DNA from: a candidate division FCPU426 bacterium
GTDB taxonomy: Bacteria; Oederibacteriota; JAUXIB01
Reading direction: 5' to 3'
Assembly: GCA_030621225.1 (NCBI GenBank)
Contig: JAUXIB010000002.1
Coordinates: 48-64,047 of the forward strand
DNA length: 64,000 nucleotides
How positions within the stretch are numbered: position 1 is the stretch's first letter; every line of letters starts with the position of its first letter. Under the pieces are notes generated by a model. It was not told the DNA's origin. It did not search any database and saw nothing but the letters and a program-made list of their open reading frames with translations. Below, in pieces: positions 1-8,423 of this stretch. The position numbers and the translations under genes are program-made.

Positions 1-49
1 TCCTACGCGCCGCTAGTCTATCATTGCGCCCCTTTTTTTTCAATTACAA

Positions 50-78
50 TTGACAGTGCCGTCGACGTGGTGTACTAT
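50..78 (+). promoter_or_regulatory. sigma70-type promoter TTGACA-17-TACTAT for the cNMP-binding gene
   Basis: TTGACA at 50-55, 17-nt spacer, TACTAT at 73-78. The implied TSS (~84-86) is only 2-4 nt before ATG 88. Confidence 0.5.
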
Positions 79-87
79 CGTGGAAAT

Positions 88-525
88 ATGGATATGGAAA
101 AACTTTTAAAACTTGTCGCAGAGGTAGACTTCCTGCGGGAGGTAGACCCCGATATACTGATGGAACTTATCCCCCTGATGCAGGAGCGCGCTTATAAAAG
201 GGGCGATATGGTCATCGAACAGGGGAAGAACGGCGATGAGTTTTTCCTTATCTCTTCCGGCAAGGTCTCGGTATGGATCCTCAAGGGGGAAAAGAAACTG
301 ATGGTCGCCGAACTGATGGACGGAAAATATTTCGGCGAAATGGCCTTACTCACCAACGAACCGCGTAGCGCCACCGTGATGGTAGACATGGATACAGTGA
401 TCTACACGCTCAACAAGAAAAACTTCTACAGTATCCTCAGTAAACACCCTGACGTCTACAAGTTCATCGAAAAGAAATTCACCGAGCGTTCTATCCAGAA
501 CGTGACTCTGAAGAAAAACTTGTAG
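88..525 (+). CDS. stand-alone cyclic-nucleotide-binding (CAP-effector type) domain protein
   Basis: ORF track 67..525. FGEMALLTNEPRSATV is the classic cNMP phosphate-binding cassette. Start moved to ATG 88 because GTG 67 lies inside the promoter spacer. Confidence 0.8.
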   Translation: MDMEKLLKLVAEVDFLREVDPDILMELIPLMQERAYKRGDMVIEQGKNGDEFFLISSGKVSVWILKGEKKLMVAELMDGKYFGEMALLTNEPRSATVMVDMDTVIYTLNKKNFYSILSKHPDVYKFIEKKFTERSIQNVTLKKNL

Positions 526-527
526 CT

Positions 528-617
528 ACGACCGTTGTTGCTTGTCGCTCGTCGCTCGTCGCTAGTGTGTACGCCCGTATGCACCAGCGACTAGAGACCA
601 GAGACCAGCGACTGGTA
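528..617. repeat. heptad-periodic imperfect dyad element between convergent genes
   Basis: Left arm GTCGCTC GTCGCTC GTCGCTA (544-564). Right arm CAGCGAC TAGAGAC CAGAGAC CAGCGAC (585-612). The arms are approximate reverse complements. The element ends 2 nt before the permease stop codon (619). Confidence 0.6.
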
Positions 618-618
618 C

Positions 619-1869
619 TCATTCATACCGAAGTGCTTCCACCGGATCCAATTTCGCCGCCTTCATCGCGGGATAGACGCCGAAGATAATTCCCACCACG
701 GCAGCAAACACGGTAGCGACGATCACCGACTCCGGCGAGACAACCGAGGGCCAGTTGTCTATCTGGTCCCATCCCTTGGAGATGGCTACGCCGATCAGCT
801 TGCCTAGGCCGACCCCAAACAGTATGCCCAGAAAGCCGCCCGAGATGCTCAAGGTTACCGCCTCGATCAGGAACTGGCCCAGGATGTCGCGCCGCCTGGC
901 CCCGACCGCCTTACGGATACCTATCTCACGCGTGCGCTCGGTAACCGAGACCAGCATAATGTTCATAATACCGATGCCGCCCACCATCAGCGCGATCGAA
1001 GCGATACCGCCCAGCATCAGTTTGACTATTAGCGTGACTTTTTCTATCCCCTTCATGGCTTCGGCCGGGGATGATACCTCGAAGTAATCGGCCGAACCAT
1101 GCACGAGCACCAGCGCCGCCTTGATCTCCTCAATAGCCAACTCGCTATCCTTAAAATCAGTGGACTGGCAGATAATAGAATCCAATCGCCGATCAACGCG
1201 ATTGTAGTTGAAAACAGTGGTGTAGGGAACGAACATGCTATAGTCAAAGCCGTCCGTCATATACTTCATGCCGCTACCCATCTCGCTCATCACACCAATG
1301 ATCGTATAACGCAGTCCATTGTGGCGCAGTTCCTTGCCCACCGCCTCCTGATCAACAAACAGATCCTCGTAAATTTTGTGGCCGATCACACAGACCTTGA
1401 GTGATTCGTTTACATCCAGTTGGTTGATGAAACGTCCTTGCACCGTCTGCCACTTGCGTACCTGGGCATACTCAGGGATAGTGCCGGAAATGTTAGCGGT
1501 GGTCTCCCTGCCCTGATAAGAGGCGCTGCCGCGCGGCCAAGTGCTTACCTGTGGTATCACAGTCTCAACATGGTCACAGGTATTCCTGATCATTTCCACG
1601 TCGTCCATCATCAGGAACTCAGACTCCCGGTTGCGCTGCCAGCGTCCGTCCTTATACATACCCCAGGGACGGCTGAGGGATATCAAACGCGGACCGCCCA
1701 TCTTATCGAATTCTTCCACCACCATCACCTGTGCTCCCTCGCCGATCGAGACAGCGGCGATCACCGCGCCAACGCCGATGATGATACCCAGCGCCGTCAA
1801 GAGCGAGCGCATCTTATTGCTGACCAAACCGCGCAACGCTATCTTTATACTCTCCCAGAGAAATGTCAT
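619..1869 (-). CDS. MacB/FtsX-type ABC efflux permease (separate from the ATPase)
   Basis: 416 aa. The N-terminal TM segment (ALRGLVSNKMRSLLTALGIIIGVGAVIA), a large periplasmic domain and a C-terminal FtsX-like 3-TM bundle are typical of the MacB/YknZ/DevC family. Confidence 0.9.
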   Translation of the reverse strand: MTFLWESIKIALRGLVSNKMRSLLTALGIIIGVGAVIAAVSIGEGAQVMVVEEFDKMGGPRLISLSRPWGMYKDGRWQRNRESEFLMMDDVEMIRNTCDHVETVIPQVSTWPRGSASYQGRETTANISGTIPEYAQVRKWQTVQGRFINQLDVNESLKVCVIGHKIYEDLFVDQEAVGKELRHNGLRYTIIGVMSEMGSGMKYMTDGFDYSMFVPYTTVFNYNRVDRRLDSIICQSTDFKDSELAIEEIKAALVLVHGSADYFEVSSPAEAMKGIEKVTLIVKLMLGGIASIALMVGGIGIMNIMLVSVTERTREIGIRKAVGARRRDILGQFLIEAVTLSISGGFLGILFGVGLGKLIGVAISKGWDQIDNWPSVVSPESVIVATVFAAVVGIIFGVYPAMKAAKLDPVEALRYE

Positions 1870-1904
1870 ATTTTTTTTACCTGATTAATATTTACCCCGT
1901 TATC

Positions 1905-2633
1905 TCAATGCCGCTGGCGCCGATTAGACTTCGTTGAGATGATCTTACCGTCAACAAAACGTATCACCCGGTCGGCGTAGGCGGCAATATCCTCCTCGTG
2001 CGTAACCAGAATGATGGTTATGCCCTTTTTGTTCAACCCCGTCAGTATTTTCATTATCTCCCCACCACTTTTGCTGTCCAAGTTGCCGGTCGGCTCGTCG
2101 GCGAGAATAATCGAGGGATTATTGATCAGCGCCCGGGCAATGGCCACCCGCTGCTGCTGGCCGCCGGAAAGCTCGCTCGGCTTATGCCCCAGCCGCTGGC
2201 CCAGGCCCAGCTGCGTTAGCATAGCTACGGCCTTTTGGCGGCGGTCCTTGCCCCGGGCATACACCAGCGGCAACTCCACGTTCTCGATCGCGGAAGCCCG
2301 TGACAGCAAGTTGTAGCTCTGGAAGACGAAACCGATCTCGCGGTTGCGCAGATGGGCCAAGCGGTTATCGTTCAATCCGCTCACGTCCTCGCCATGCAAG
2401 AGGTATTCCCCGCCACTGGGACGATCGAGAAAGCCGAGCAGATTCATCAGGGTCGACTTACCCGAGCCCGACTGGCCCATGATCGCCAGAATCTCGCCAC
2501 GCTTGATCTCCAGGCTGACGTTGCAAAGCGCCGGCACCTTAACGCCCTTGCCCAGCTTGTAAACCTTGCTGATGTTTTTTAGTTTTATCAGGGGCTTCTT
2601 GTTGTTGCTTTTCTTCTTTACGTTTCGGGCCAT
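1905..2633 (-). CDS. ABC transporter ATP-binding protein (MacB/LolD-type)
   Basis: Walker [10 protein letters not shown], signature [15 protein letters not shown], Walker [12 protein letters not shown]. Confidence 0.92.
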   Translation of the reverse strand: MARNVKKKSNNKKPLIKLKNISKVYKLGKGVKVPALCNVSLEIKRGEILAIMGQSGSGKSTLMNLLGFLDRPSGGEYLLHGEDVSGLNDNRLAHLRNREIGFVFQSYNLLSRASAIENVELPLVYARGKDRRQKAVAMLTQLGLGQRLGHKPSELSGGQQQRVAIARALINNPSIILADEPTGNLDSKSGGEIMKILTGLNKKGITIILVTHEEDIAAYADRVIRFVDGKIISTKSNRRQRH

Positions 2634-2716
2634 TAGACCTTTCTCTCGCCCGCGCCCTCCGGGCGCGGTGGCGCCCGCAGAGGGACGCCACTACTGATTC
2701 TTCGCCCCGCGAAGAA

Positions 2717-3829
2717 TCATTTCCATTCTTCCTTCTTCTTCTCTTTCTTCTTGAGGTAGACCGTAACCCCTTCGTCCAGCCCCTTGGTTATCGCCACTTT
2801 GATGTTATTGGTGAACCCCGTCTCCACCTCCACCCGTTCCGGCTTCTTCTCGTCGCCGCTCAACACGAACTTAATCCCTTCTTCCTTCTCCCACTCCGGG
2901 TCCTTGCTGTAGTCCCGTTTCCCGGGCCCCGTCCTCCAGGCGTCTCTTCGTCTAACCGACTTACGTTTCACTCCCTTGCGCTCTTTTTCCTCCTCCTCTT
3001 CACTCTTTCCCTTACCAGCTTCCTCTTTCACCGCCTCGAACTGCACATACTCCACTGGCAGGTACAAGACGTCTTCCGCCCGCTCGATGATGATATCCAC
3101 GTCAGCGGTCATACCCAATTTCAGCTCCGGCGCCTGCTGCTCGAGTTCTGACTTGACGGTAAAGTTGATCACCGCCTGCTGGCTCTCACCATAGTTGGCG
3201 ATGGAATACACCCTGGCTTTAAACTTTTTGTCCAGGTAGGCGTCAGCTACCACCTGCACCTCTTGCCCCACCTTTACCTTGGCGATGTCCGCCTCGTTGA
3301 CGTCACACCGGACGATCAGCCGGTCGCGCAGCACAAACAGCGTCTCGCCACTATTAACGTTCTCACCCTCGTTGACACGACGTGAGGAGACAAAGCCGTC
3401 AACCGATGATAACACCGGCACTATCTGGTATTCCTCGGTGGCGAAGACCAGTTCTTCCTCGGCGCGCTTGATCTCGTCCTCGCCGACCTGCTGACGGCGC
3501 AGGTACTCCAGGTTCATCTTGGCGGTATTGATCAAGTTCTCCCGGTTGCTGCTGGACAGCCTGGCTAGCACGTGACCCCGCTTGACCCTGTCCCCCTCCT
3601 CAACCAGAATCTCCACCACTACGCTGGTCGATTGCAGGTTCTTAACCTTGGCATCGGTGAACGAGCTTAGGTTGCCGCGCACCGATACCTCTTGCACCAG
3701 GTCACCTCGCTTGACCGTGGTCTGCTTATAGCTCTCCTCCTCTTTTTTCTTATCGCAGCCTACCAGCGCCAAGCCAAGAAAAGCCGCCAAGATAAACCGG
3801 ACAGTAACTGGATATCTGTTGATCATCAT
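2717..3829 (-). CDS. HlyD/MacA-family periplasmic adaptor (membrane fusion protein), lipoprotein-like N-terminus
   Basis: 370 aa. Signal peptide ending LVGC, biotinyl-lipoyl-like hairpin motifs (VKRGDLV..., GDRVKRGHVLARL), and position between the TolC and ABC genes. Confidence 0.85.
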   Translation of the reverse strand: MMINRYPVTVRFILAAFLGLALVGCDKKKEEESYKQTTVKRGDLVQEVSVRGNLSSFTDAKVKNLQSTSVVVEILVEEGDRVKRGHVLARLSSSNRENLINTAKMNLEYLRRQQVGEDEIKRAEEELVFATEEYQIVPVLSSVDGFVSSRRVNEGENVNSGETLFVLRDRLIVRCDVNEADIAKVKVGQEVQVVADAYLDKKFKARVYSIANYGESQQAVINFTVKSELEQQAPELKLGMTADVDIIIERAEDVLYLPVEYVQFEAVKEEAGKGKSEEEEEKERKGVKRKSVRRRDAWRTGPGKRDYSKDPEWEKEEGIKFVLSGDEKKPERVEVETGFTNNIKVAITKGLDEGVTVYLKKKEKKKEEWK

Positions 3830-3835
3830 ATCTCC

Positions 3836-5152
3836 TTAGTATTGTTTCATCAACTCAGGCGTTTCTAATCCCAGTGATCGTGCCAGGCGGGCCTGCGCCC
3901 GGCGCACGTTAAAAACTGCGCGCCAATATTTCAATTCCTGATCGGTGGTCCGCTGTCGCGCCCGCAGCAGGCTGCCGGAGGACGTCCTGCCGCTCTTGTA
4001 GCTGAGCTGCGTCACCACCATCTGCTTGTGCCGCACCTCGCCCATCTCCCTATCCAGTTTTACCCGTTTCTGCAGGTTCTCCAGAGTGGCCAGGTTAGTG
4101 CGCACCTCAATAGTTATGTTATCCCTTAACTCCTCAACGTTCAGCTTGCTGCGCCGGTAACGTAGTTCGGCGGTACGCGTACCGGCAGCGCGCGACCAGC
4201 CGCTAAAGAATGAATAGCTGGCCGATACGCCCACCGACCAGTTCGGTTTCTCGAAAGGAAGCTCATCAGCCCAATAGCGGTAACTACCGTCAGCGGTCAC
4301 GCTAGGCAGCCAACTGCTTAGCTGGCTCAAAAACGAGTAGCGCGTCTTATCCCGGTCGGCCTGGGCCGAGAGCCAGTCAGGCCGGTTCTCAAGCGCCATC
4401 GCCAAACACCATTTCTCCTCCGGCCAAATTTCACGGTAGTCCGTTGCCCCGGCTAGCTTAAGCTCCTCGCCGTCCGGCACGTCGATAACCACACGCAGTT
4501 GGTCCCGCGCCAGCTCCAGGTCTGATTCCGCCTGGGCCAGGTAAAGCTCCGCCTCCCGCGTCTCGACCCGATTCAACTCCAGGTTGCTCTTGGTCTCCAA
4601 ACCGGACTTGAAATTCAACTCGGCCAGTCGCTTGGTAGACAGCGCCAGCTCGAAACCATCCTGACGCACCATTAGCTGCTGCTCATATTCCAGAACCTTT
4701 AGATAGGCCTCCTCGGCGCCGAAGAGCACATTCTGACGTTCTCGCCGCATGTTATACCTTACCTTGGACAAGTCGCGACGCGATTGTAGGTCCGAGCTGA
4801 TATTACGACCGCCACGAAAGATCGTCTGACTGGCGCTGACCCCCAGATTATAAGCATCGTCCTCCACGTTGATGTAGCGGTTTTTTTGGGCGATCGGGTC
4901 GTAAATATAACGCTCACTCAGACGGCGCGTATACCCCGAGGAAAGACGCATGCTCGGCCAGTAGCTGGCCCGGGTGCTTATCCCCGCCTGCTTAGCTATC
5001 TCTACGTCCAACTCCGCTTTCTTTAGCCCCTTGTCATTAGCGAGCGCCCGGCGCATGCATTCGTCCAAGTCCATCTCTAGCGCCATCAGGCCTCCTGCTG
5101 AGGTCAGCAATATCGCGCTCAGCAATATTATTTTTACTCGTGTCATCATCAT
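3836..5152 (-). CDS. TolC-family outer-membrane efflux channel
   Basis: 438 aa with a signal peptide and two OEP-type repeats with coiled-coil-rich sequence. Lies in an operon with the adaptor and ABC genes. Confidence 0.85.
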   Translation of the reverse strand: MMMTRVKIILLSAILLTSAGGLMALEMDLDECMRRALANDKGLKKAELDVEIAKQAGISTRASYWPSMRLSSGYTRRLSERYIYDPIAQKNRYINVEDDAYNLGVSASQTIFRGGRNISSDLQSRRDLSKVRYNMRRERQNVLFGAEEAYLKVLEYEQQLMVRQDGFELALSTKRLAELNFKSGLETKSNLELNRVETREAELYLAQAESDLELARDQLRVVIDVPDGEELKLAGATDYREIWPEEKWCLAMALENRPDWLSAQADRDKTRYSFLSQLSSWLPSVTADGSYRYWADELPFEKPNWSVGVSASYSFFSGWSRAAGTRTAELRYRRSKLNVEELRDNITIEVRTNLATLENLQKRVKLDREMGEVRHKQMVVTQLSYKSGRTSSGSLLRARQRTTDQELKYWRAVFNVRRAQARLARSLGLETPELMKQY

Positions 5153-5166
5153 TTACCGTTGTCCCT

Positions 5167-5895
5167 TCAAAATATCTCTAGTCCGGCCCGGAACGAGACC
5201 AGGAATCCCGAGAAATCCATGCGTAGTGGCACGCTAGGCTGAAAGGACGAGTCATATACCTCGGCCCGAACACCAGCGGCATCGCGCAGCTCATCACTAA
5301 CCGCGTAACGGTAACCAAAATCAGCCTCCAGAAAAATACCCCGGCCAACGATAAGCCTGGCGCCACCGCGCAGCTCGCCAGCCAGGCAATTCCCTTCATA
5401 TTCCGCCACTGCGGGAAAAGCAGTGAACAGGCTGCCGCTCATACGACGATCCAGCCCGAGCCAGGCCGGCCCGACCAGGCTCTGAAAATAGGTGCGGAAA
5501 CAGGACAGCACTACCTGCTCGGCACGCAAACCAAATCCCCACCGTCGCAGACGATACGAGTAGTCCAGATTATAATCATGTTCCAGGCTGGATTTCTCCA
5601 GCACACCATCGGCCCGTCTACCGCCCCGCTGGTCCTCTAAACCGATGCAGATCCAAAAACCGCGCCAAATGCGGAGCCTTCCCTGCAGCGAGAGCCCGCT
5701 TCCCGTAAAAACACCGATGCGCCGCGCCTCATCGGCCTCTAAATATAAATTGATCAACTCGAGCGATTCGCGCAAATGCCCCTGCTGATAGATGGCCCCG
5801 CCGCCACCAGCGTCAAAAGCCATACGACCGGTCGCCAGGCCAGGCTGCGCCGGCAGTAACAGTATTAACAACAGTATTATTAGACCGTTCCTCAT
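5167..5895 (-). CDS. hypothetical secreted protein, probable small outer-membrane beta-barrel
   Basis: Signal-peptide-like N-terminus (MRNGLIILLLILLLPAQPGLA), alternating amphipathic strands, C-terminal ...RAGLEIF (terminal aromatic residue). ATG 5895 is preceded by GGGGAAAG. The track start 5907 is a GTG. Confidence 0.55.
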   Translation of the reverse strand: MRNGLIILLLILLLPAQPGLATGRMAFDAGGGGAIYQQGHLRESLELINLYLEADEARRIGVFTGSGLSLQGRLRIWRGFWICIGLEDQRGGRRADGVLEKSSLEHDYNLDYSYRLRRWGFGLRAEQVVLSCFRTYFQSLVGPAWLGLDRRMSGSLFTAFPAVAEYEGNCLAGELRGGARLIVGRGIFLEADFGYRYAVSDELRDAAGVRAEVYDSSFQPSVPLRMDFSGFLVSFRAGLEIF

Positions 5896-5916
5896 TTCTT
5901 TCCCCACTTCTTCTCA

Positions 5917-5964
5917 GTGACAGTCACGGTGACTGTCACTATGCCTGTCACCATGCCTGTCACT
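5917..5964 (+). repeat. 48-bp REP-like repeat, copy 1 (inside the efflux operon, between tetR and the beta-barrel gene)
   Basis: GTGACAGTCACGGTGACTGTCACTATGCCTGTCACCATGCCTGTCACT. It contains the palindrome GTGACAGTCAC-G-GTGACTGTCAC, then two ATGCCTGTCAC units. The last base overlaps the tetR stop codon. Confidence 0.85.
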
Positions 5965-6542
5965 TAGCGTTTCATTCCAGCACCCCGGCAGAATGTCTCT
6001 ACCACTAGGGCGTAACGCTTCTTGCGTTCCATCTGCCACATCACCGGACTTTGTGGCCGCAACAAGCCACGAAATAATGCCGCCAGAACATTCGGCTTTA
6101 CATCCTTGCGCAATCGGCCCTCCTGCTGGCCTTGCTTCATTATTCCGGCGATCGCCGACTGCAGCCGTTCCCCACCTTGCCGCATGTAACCCTTTGATAA
6201 CTTGCTCAGACCTCCACGTTGTTCCAGTTCCTGCATCATCCGCAGCAGCTTCCAACGCTTACTGAAGAACCCCCCCATCTCCTCGCAAGCCCGAAGCAGT
6301 GTCTCTTCGAAAGGCGCGCCCTTGGGCACCCCTAGCTCCAGCGCGCTGCATAGCTCATCGAAGCCCCAACCGGCCGTCTGCAGGAACAAGTCTTCCTTGT
6401 CCCTGAAATAGCGGTAGACCGTACCCTTGCCCACCTTGGCCAGCTTGGCTATCTCGTCAATGGTCAGCTCATGGTAACGGCAGCCCGCGAAGAGTTCCTC
6501 CGCCGCCTTCATTATTTGCTGTTTCTTGTCGACTCGCACCAT
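5964..6542 (-). CDS. TetR/AcrR-family transcriptional regulator
   Basis: N-terminal HTH KAAEELFAGCRYHELTIDEIAKLAKVGKGTVYRYFRDKEDLF is typical TetR_N. It is the first gene of the efflux operon. Confidence 0.9.
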   Translation of the reverse strand: MVRVDKKQQIMKAAEELFAGCRYHELTIDEIAKLAKVGKGTVYRYFRDKEDLFLQTAGWGFDELCSALELGVPKGAPFEETLLRACEEMGGFFSKRWKLLRMMQELEQRGGLSKLSKGYMRQGGERLQSAIAGIMKQGQQEGRLRKDVKPNVLAALFRGLLRPQSPVMWQMERKKRYALVVETFCRGAGMKR

Positions 6543-6560
6543 ATCAATGATTATATTTAC

Positions 6561-6605
6561 AATACTGACTGGTCAGTATTATAACATGTCAGAATATAAT
6601 GTCAA
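6561..6605 (-). promoter_or_regulatory. tetR promoter (TTGACA-16-TATAAT) with an overlapping 20-bp palindromic operator
   Basis: On the minus strand, TTGACA is at 6605-6600 and TGtTATAAT at 6583-6578. The perfect palindrome AATACTGAC-TG-GTCAGTATT at 6561-6580 overlaps the -10/TSS. Confidence 0.65.
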
Positions 6606-6609
6606 CCTT

Positions 6610-7020
6610 TTACTCCACAAAGATGTTCACCTTATCACCCCCACCGCTATCTACATCCACGCGCAGGTCGCTAAAGGCCTCCACCAGGTCATCAATATTC
6701 TCCGCGTTAGCATTCCTTATATCGAAGTCTATCCCCTTGCCGCGCATCGCGCTGGCCACTTTTTCCTTCGCGCTTTCCGGCAAAAGAGAGCCAAGCTTCA
6801 TACCGGCCTTCAGCATCCTGATCGGAATGCGAATGTTCACCTTTTCCCCCGACGGCTCATCCACCCTCACGCACAGATGTTTTGGCGGAGCCTTCTTGGC
6901 CTGCGGCAGAACATCGCTGGCAGCCTCATTCCCCAGAGCATCTAATAGCTTCCCTGCCTCTTCCGCGGTAATCTTTCCTCCAGCCAGCATCTCCAGGATC
7001 TTCTTTCTTTCCTCGCTCAT
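6610..7020 (-). CDS. SHOCT-like domain protein (partner of the DUF2089 gene)
   Basis: 136 aa. The N-terminal MSEERKKILEMLAGGKITAEEAGKLLDALG is a SHOCT-type short helix pair, followed by a small beta-rich domain (EKVNIRIPIRMLKAG...DKVNIFVE). Confidence 0.6.
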   Translation of the reverse strand: MSEERKKILEMLAGGKITAEEAGKLLDALGNEAASDVLPQAKKAPPKHLCVRVDEPSGEKVNIRIPIRMLKAGMKLGSLLPESAKEKVASAMRGKGIDFDIRNANAENIDDLVEAFSDLRVDVDSGGGDKVNIFVE

Positions 7021-7086
7021 TCCCCGCTCCTTTCATGATACCGATAAAAATAATTTTAAATCACTGCCCATAAACAGGATGGGGCA

Positions 7087-7443
7087 TCATTCTTGCAACT
7101 CCTCGATCGCTTGCTGGGCGGATATTTCACCTTGCTCCAGGCGGTCCAAGACCTCGGCGGCCGATGTCCCTTTATTCACCTCAATGAAGTCAAAATTCTC
7201 TGAGATACGATTCAAGCGATTCTTCACAGATGGGTAACTTATGCCGAACAGCTTCTCCATTTGCTTGATGGAACCATGACTCTTGATAAAAGCCGCCACG
7301 AAGATCTGCTCCTCCATCGGTAGACGAGCAAGCGGCGGAAGCTCAATATCCCCCTCTATCTTCAGCCCGGATTCAACTAGCCTCACACGCTCTACCACCA
7401 TCTCTTTTCCAGCAGTCAATTCCGTCAGCTTTTGCCAATCCAT
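7087..7443 (-). CDS. DUF2089-family putative DNA-binding protein (no zinc-ribbon cysteines)
   Basis: 118 aa. EEQIFVAAFIKSHGSIKQMEKLFGISYPSVKNRLNRI matches the DUF2089 HTH region. The C-terminal EVLDRLEQGEISAQQAIEELQE is SHOCT-like. Confidence 0.7.
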   Translation of the reverse strand: MDWQKLTELTAGKEMVVERVRLVESGLKIEGDIELPPLARLPMEEQIFVAAFIKSHGSIKQMEKLFGISYPSVKNRLNRISENFDFIEVNKGTSAAEVLDRLEQGEISAQQAIEELQE

Positions 7444-7473
7444 CTTGCCACCTCCCTTAACTTATTCAACCTC

Positions 7474-7501
7474 ATTCTAATATATATTAATTATATGTCA
7501 A
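7474..7501 (-). promoter_or_regulatory. sigma70-type promoter TTGACA-16-TAGAAT for the DUF2089 operon
   Basis: rc TTGACA at 7501-7496 and TAGAAT at 7479-7474, in a very AT-rich spacer. The SD GGGAGGTG lies just before ATG 7443. Confidence 0.6.
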
Positions 7502-7573
7502 GTATTAATTAATTAATTTAATTATTTTCAACTAATATATAAAAAAATACTTCCCGGACCACCTTATTTATAA

Positions 7574-7621
7574 GTGACAGTCACGGTGACTGTCAGTATG
7601 CCTGTCACCATGCCTGTCACT
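7574..7621 (+). repeat. 48-bp REP-like repeat, copy 2 (12 nt downstream of the RAYT stop)
   Basis: Identical to copy 1 except for one base (CAGTATG versus CACTATG). Confidence 0.85.
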
Positions 7622-7632
7622 TTCCACCAAAG

Positions 7633-8280
7633 CTAAAACACATATATGCTTTTATTCTCTCTTTTAGGCTTAACATATCCCTCCGTATCTTCACCTGCCT
7701 TACACTTTGTCTTGCGGGTATTCCGCCTTATCTCGCCCACAATCTCAGAATTATCTTCAGACATTACATATTCTCTCCAGCATTCTTTGGACATTCCCAA
7801 AAGTTCATATAGATCCCCCAGATCTATATCCGCTTTTACGTTGCTAACATGAGCTTTGGCGCTAGACCAGCCCCAATCCCAGGGACAGTTCACCAGTCTT
7901 GCCCTCACCGGATTCCTTTCAATATACTTCGCTGCAGCCACCAGATGACGCTCATTCAAAACACAAGAGTAATATCTTTCCTCCCAGAGCCTTCCTTTTA
8001 GCTGTTTCTTCTCATTAATATTGCGCGCGTGCATTGTATTTATAATATGAAAAGTCCTCGCCAATGCATCTGTTTTTTTCGGCACCACCAAAAGATGGAT
8101 ATGATTACTCATCAAACAGTAGGCAAAAATCGTTAAACCGTATTTTTGACCATACTTTGCGATCCAAGAAAGGTATAGCCTCCTGTCACTGTCGTCAACA
8201 AATACCTGTTGCCCATGATTCCCTCTTTGGGTAATGTGGTACGGCAAATCTTTCACGACTTCCCTTGCTACTCTTGGCAT
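7633..8280 (-). CDS. REP-associated tyrosine transposase (RAYT; IS200/IS605-like Y1 HUH transposase family)
   Basis: 215 aa. YHITQRGN, HUH motif in LMSNHIHLLVVP, catalytic-Tyr region AAKYIERNPVRARLV. SD AGGAGG before ATG 8280. Confidence 0.85.
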   Translation of the reverse strand: MPRVAREVVKDLPYHITQRGNHGQQVFVDDSDRRLYLSWIAKYGQKYGLTIFAYCLMSNHIHLLVVPKKTDALARTFHIINTMHARNINEKKQLKGRLWEERYYSCVLNERHLVAAAKYIERNPVRARLVNCPWDWGWSSAKAHVSNVKADIDLGDLYELLGMSKECWREYVMSEDNSEIVGEIRRNTRKTKCKAGEDTEGYVKPKRENKSIYVF

Positions 8281-8364
8281 TACCTACCTCCTTTCTTTTA
8301 TACTCCTATCCTAGCATCCACCCCTGACAAAAATGGGCCTTTTGGAACAAAAAAATATAAAATA

Positions 8365-8412
8365 GTGACAGTCACGGTGACTGTCACTATGCCTGTCACC
8401 ATGCCTGTCACT
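8365..8412 (+). repeat. 48-bp REP-like repeat, copy 3 (upstream of RAYT, abutting the rtcB stop)
   Basis: Identical to copy 1. It is followed by an extra partial unit, TAGAGTGTCACTTA, whose TTA is the rtcB stop codon (8424-8426). Confidence 0.85.
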
Positions 8413-8423
8413 TAGAGTGTCAC

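Larger units (their letters stand above)
7574..8412 (-). mobile_element. REPtron-like unit: RAYT gene bracketed by two direct copies of the 48-bp repeat
   Basis: Copies at 7574-7621 and 8365-8412 flank the RAYT CDS in the same orientation. Confidence 0.55.

Noticed and set aside
5914-6255. 113-aa minus-strand ORF ending ...HGDRHSDSHRDCH.
   Set aside because: Its C-terminus is a translation of the 48-bp repeat, and the rest lies out of frame inside the well-supported TetR gene. Judged spurious.
5917-8412. Possible CRISPR array (identical 48-bp repeats).
   Set aside because: Only three copies, separated by 1.6 kb and 0.74 kb that contain ordinary genes. No regular spacers and no cas genes.
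8209-8415. 68-aa plus-strand ORF ending VTVTVTMPVTMPVT.
   Set aside because: It translates the 12-nt-periodic repeat and overlaps the RAYT start on the opposite strand. No independent support.
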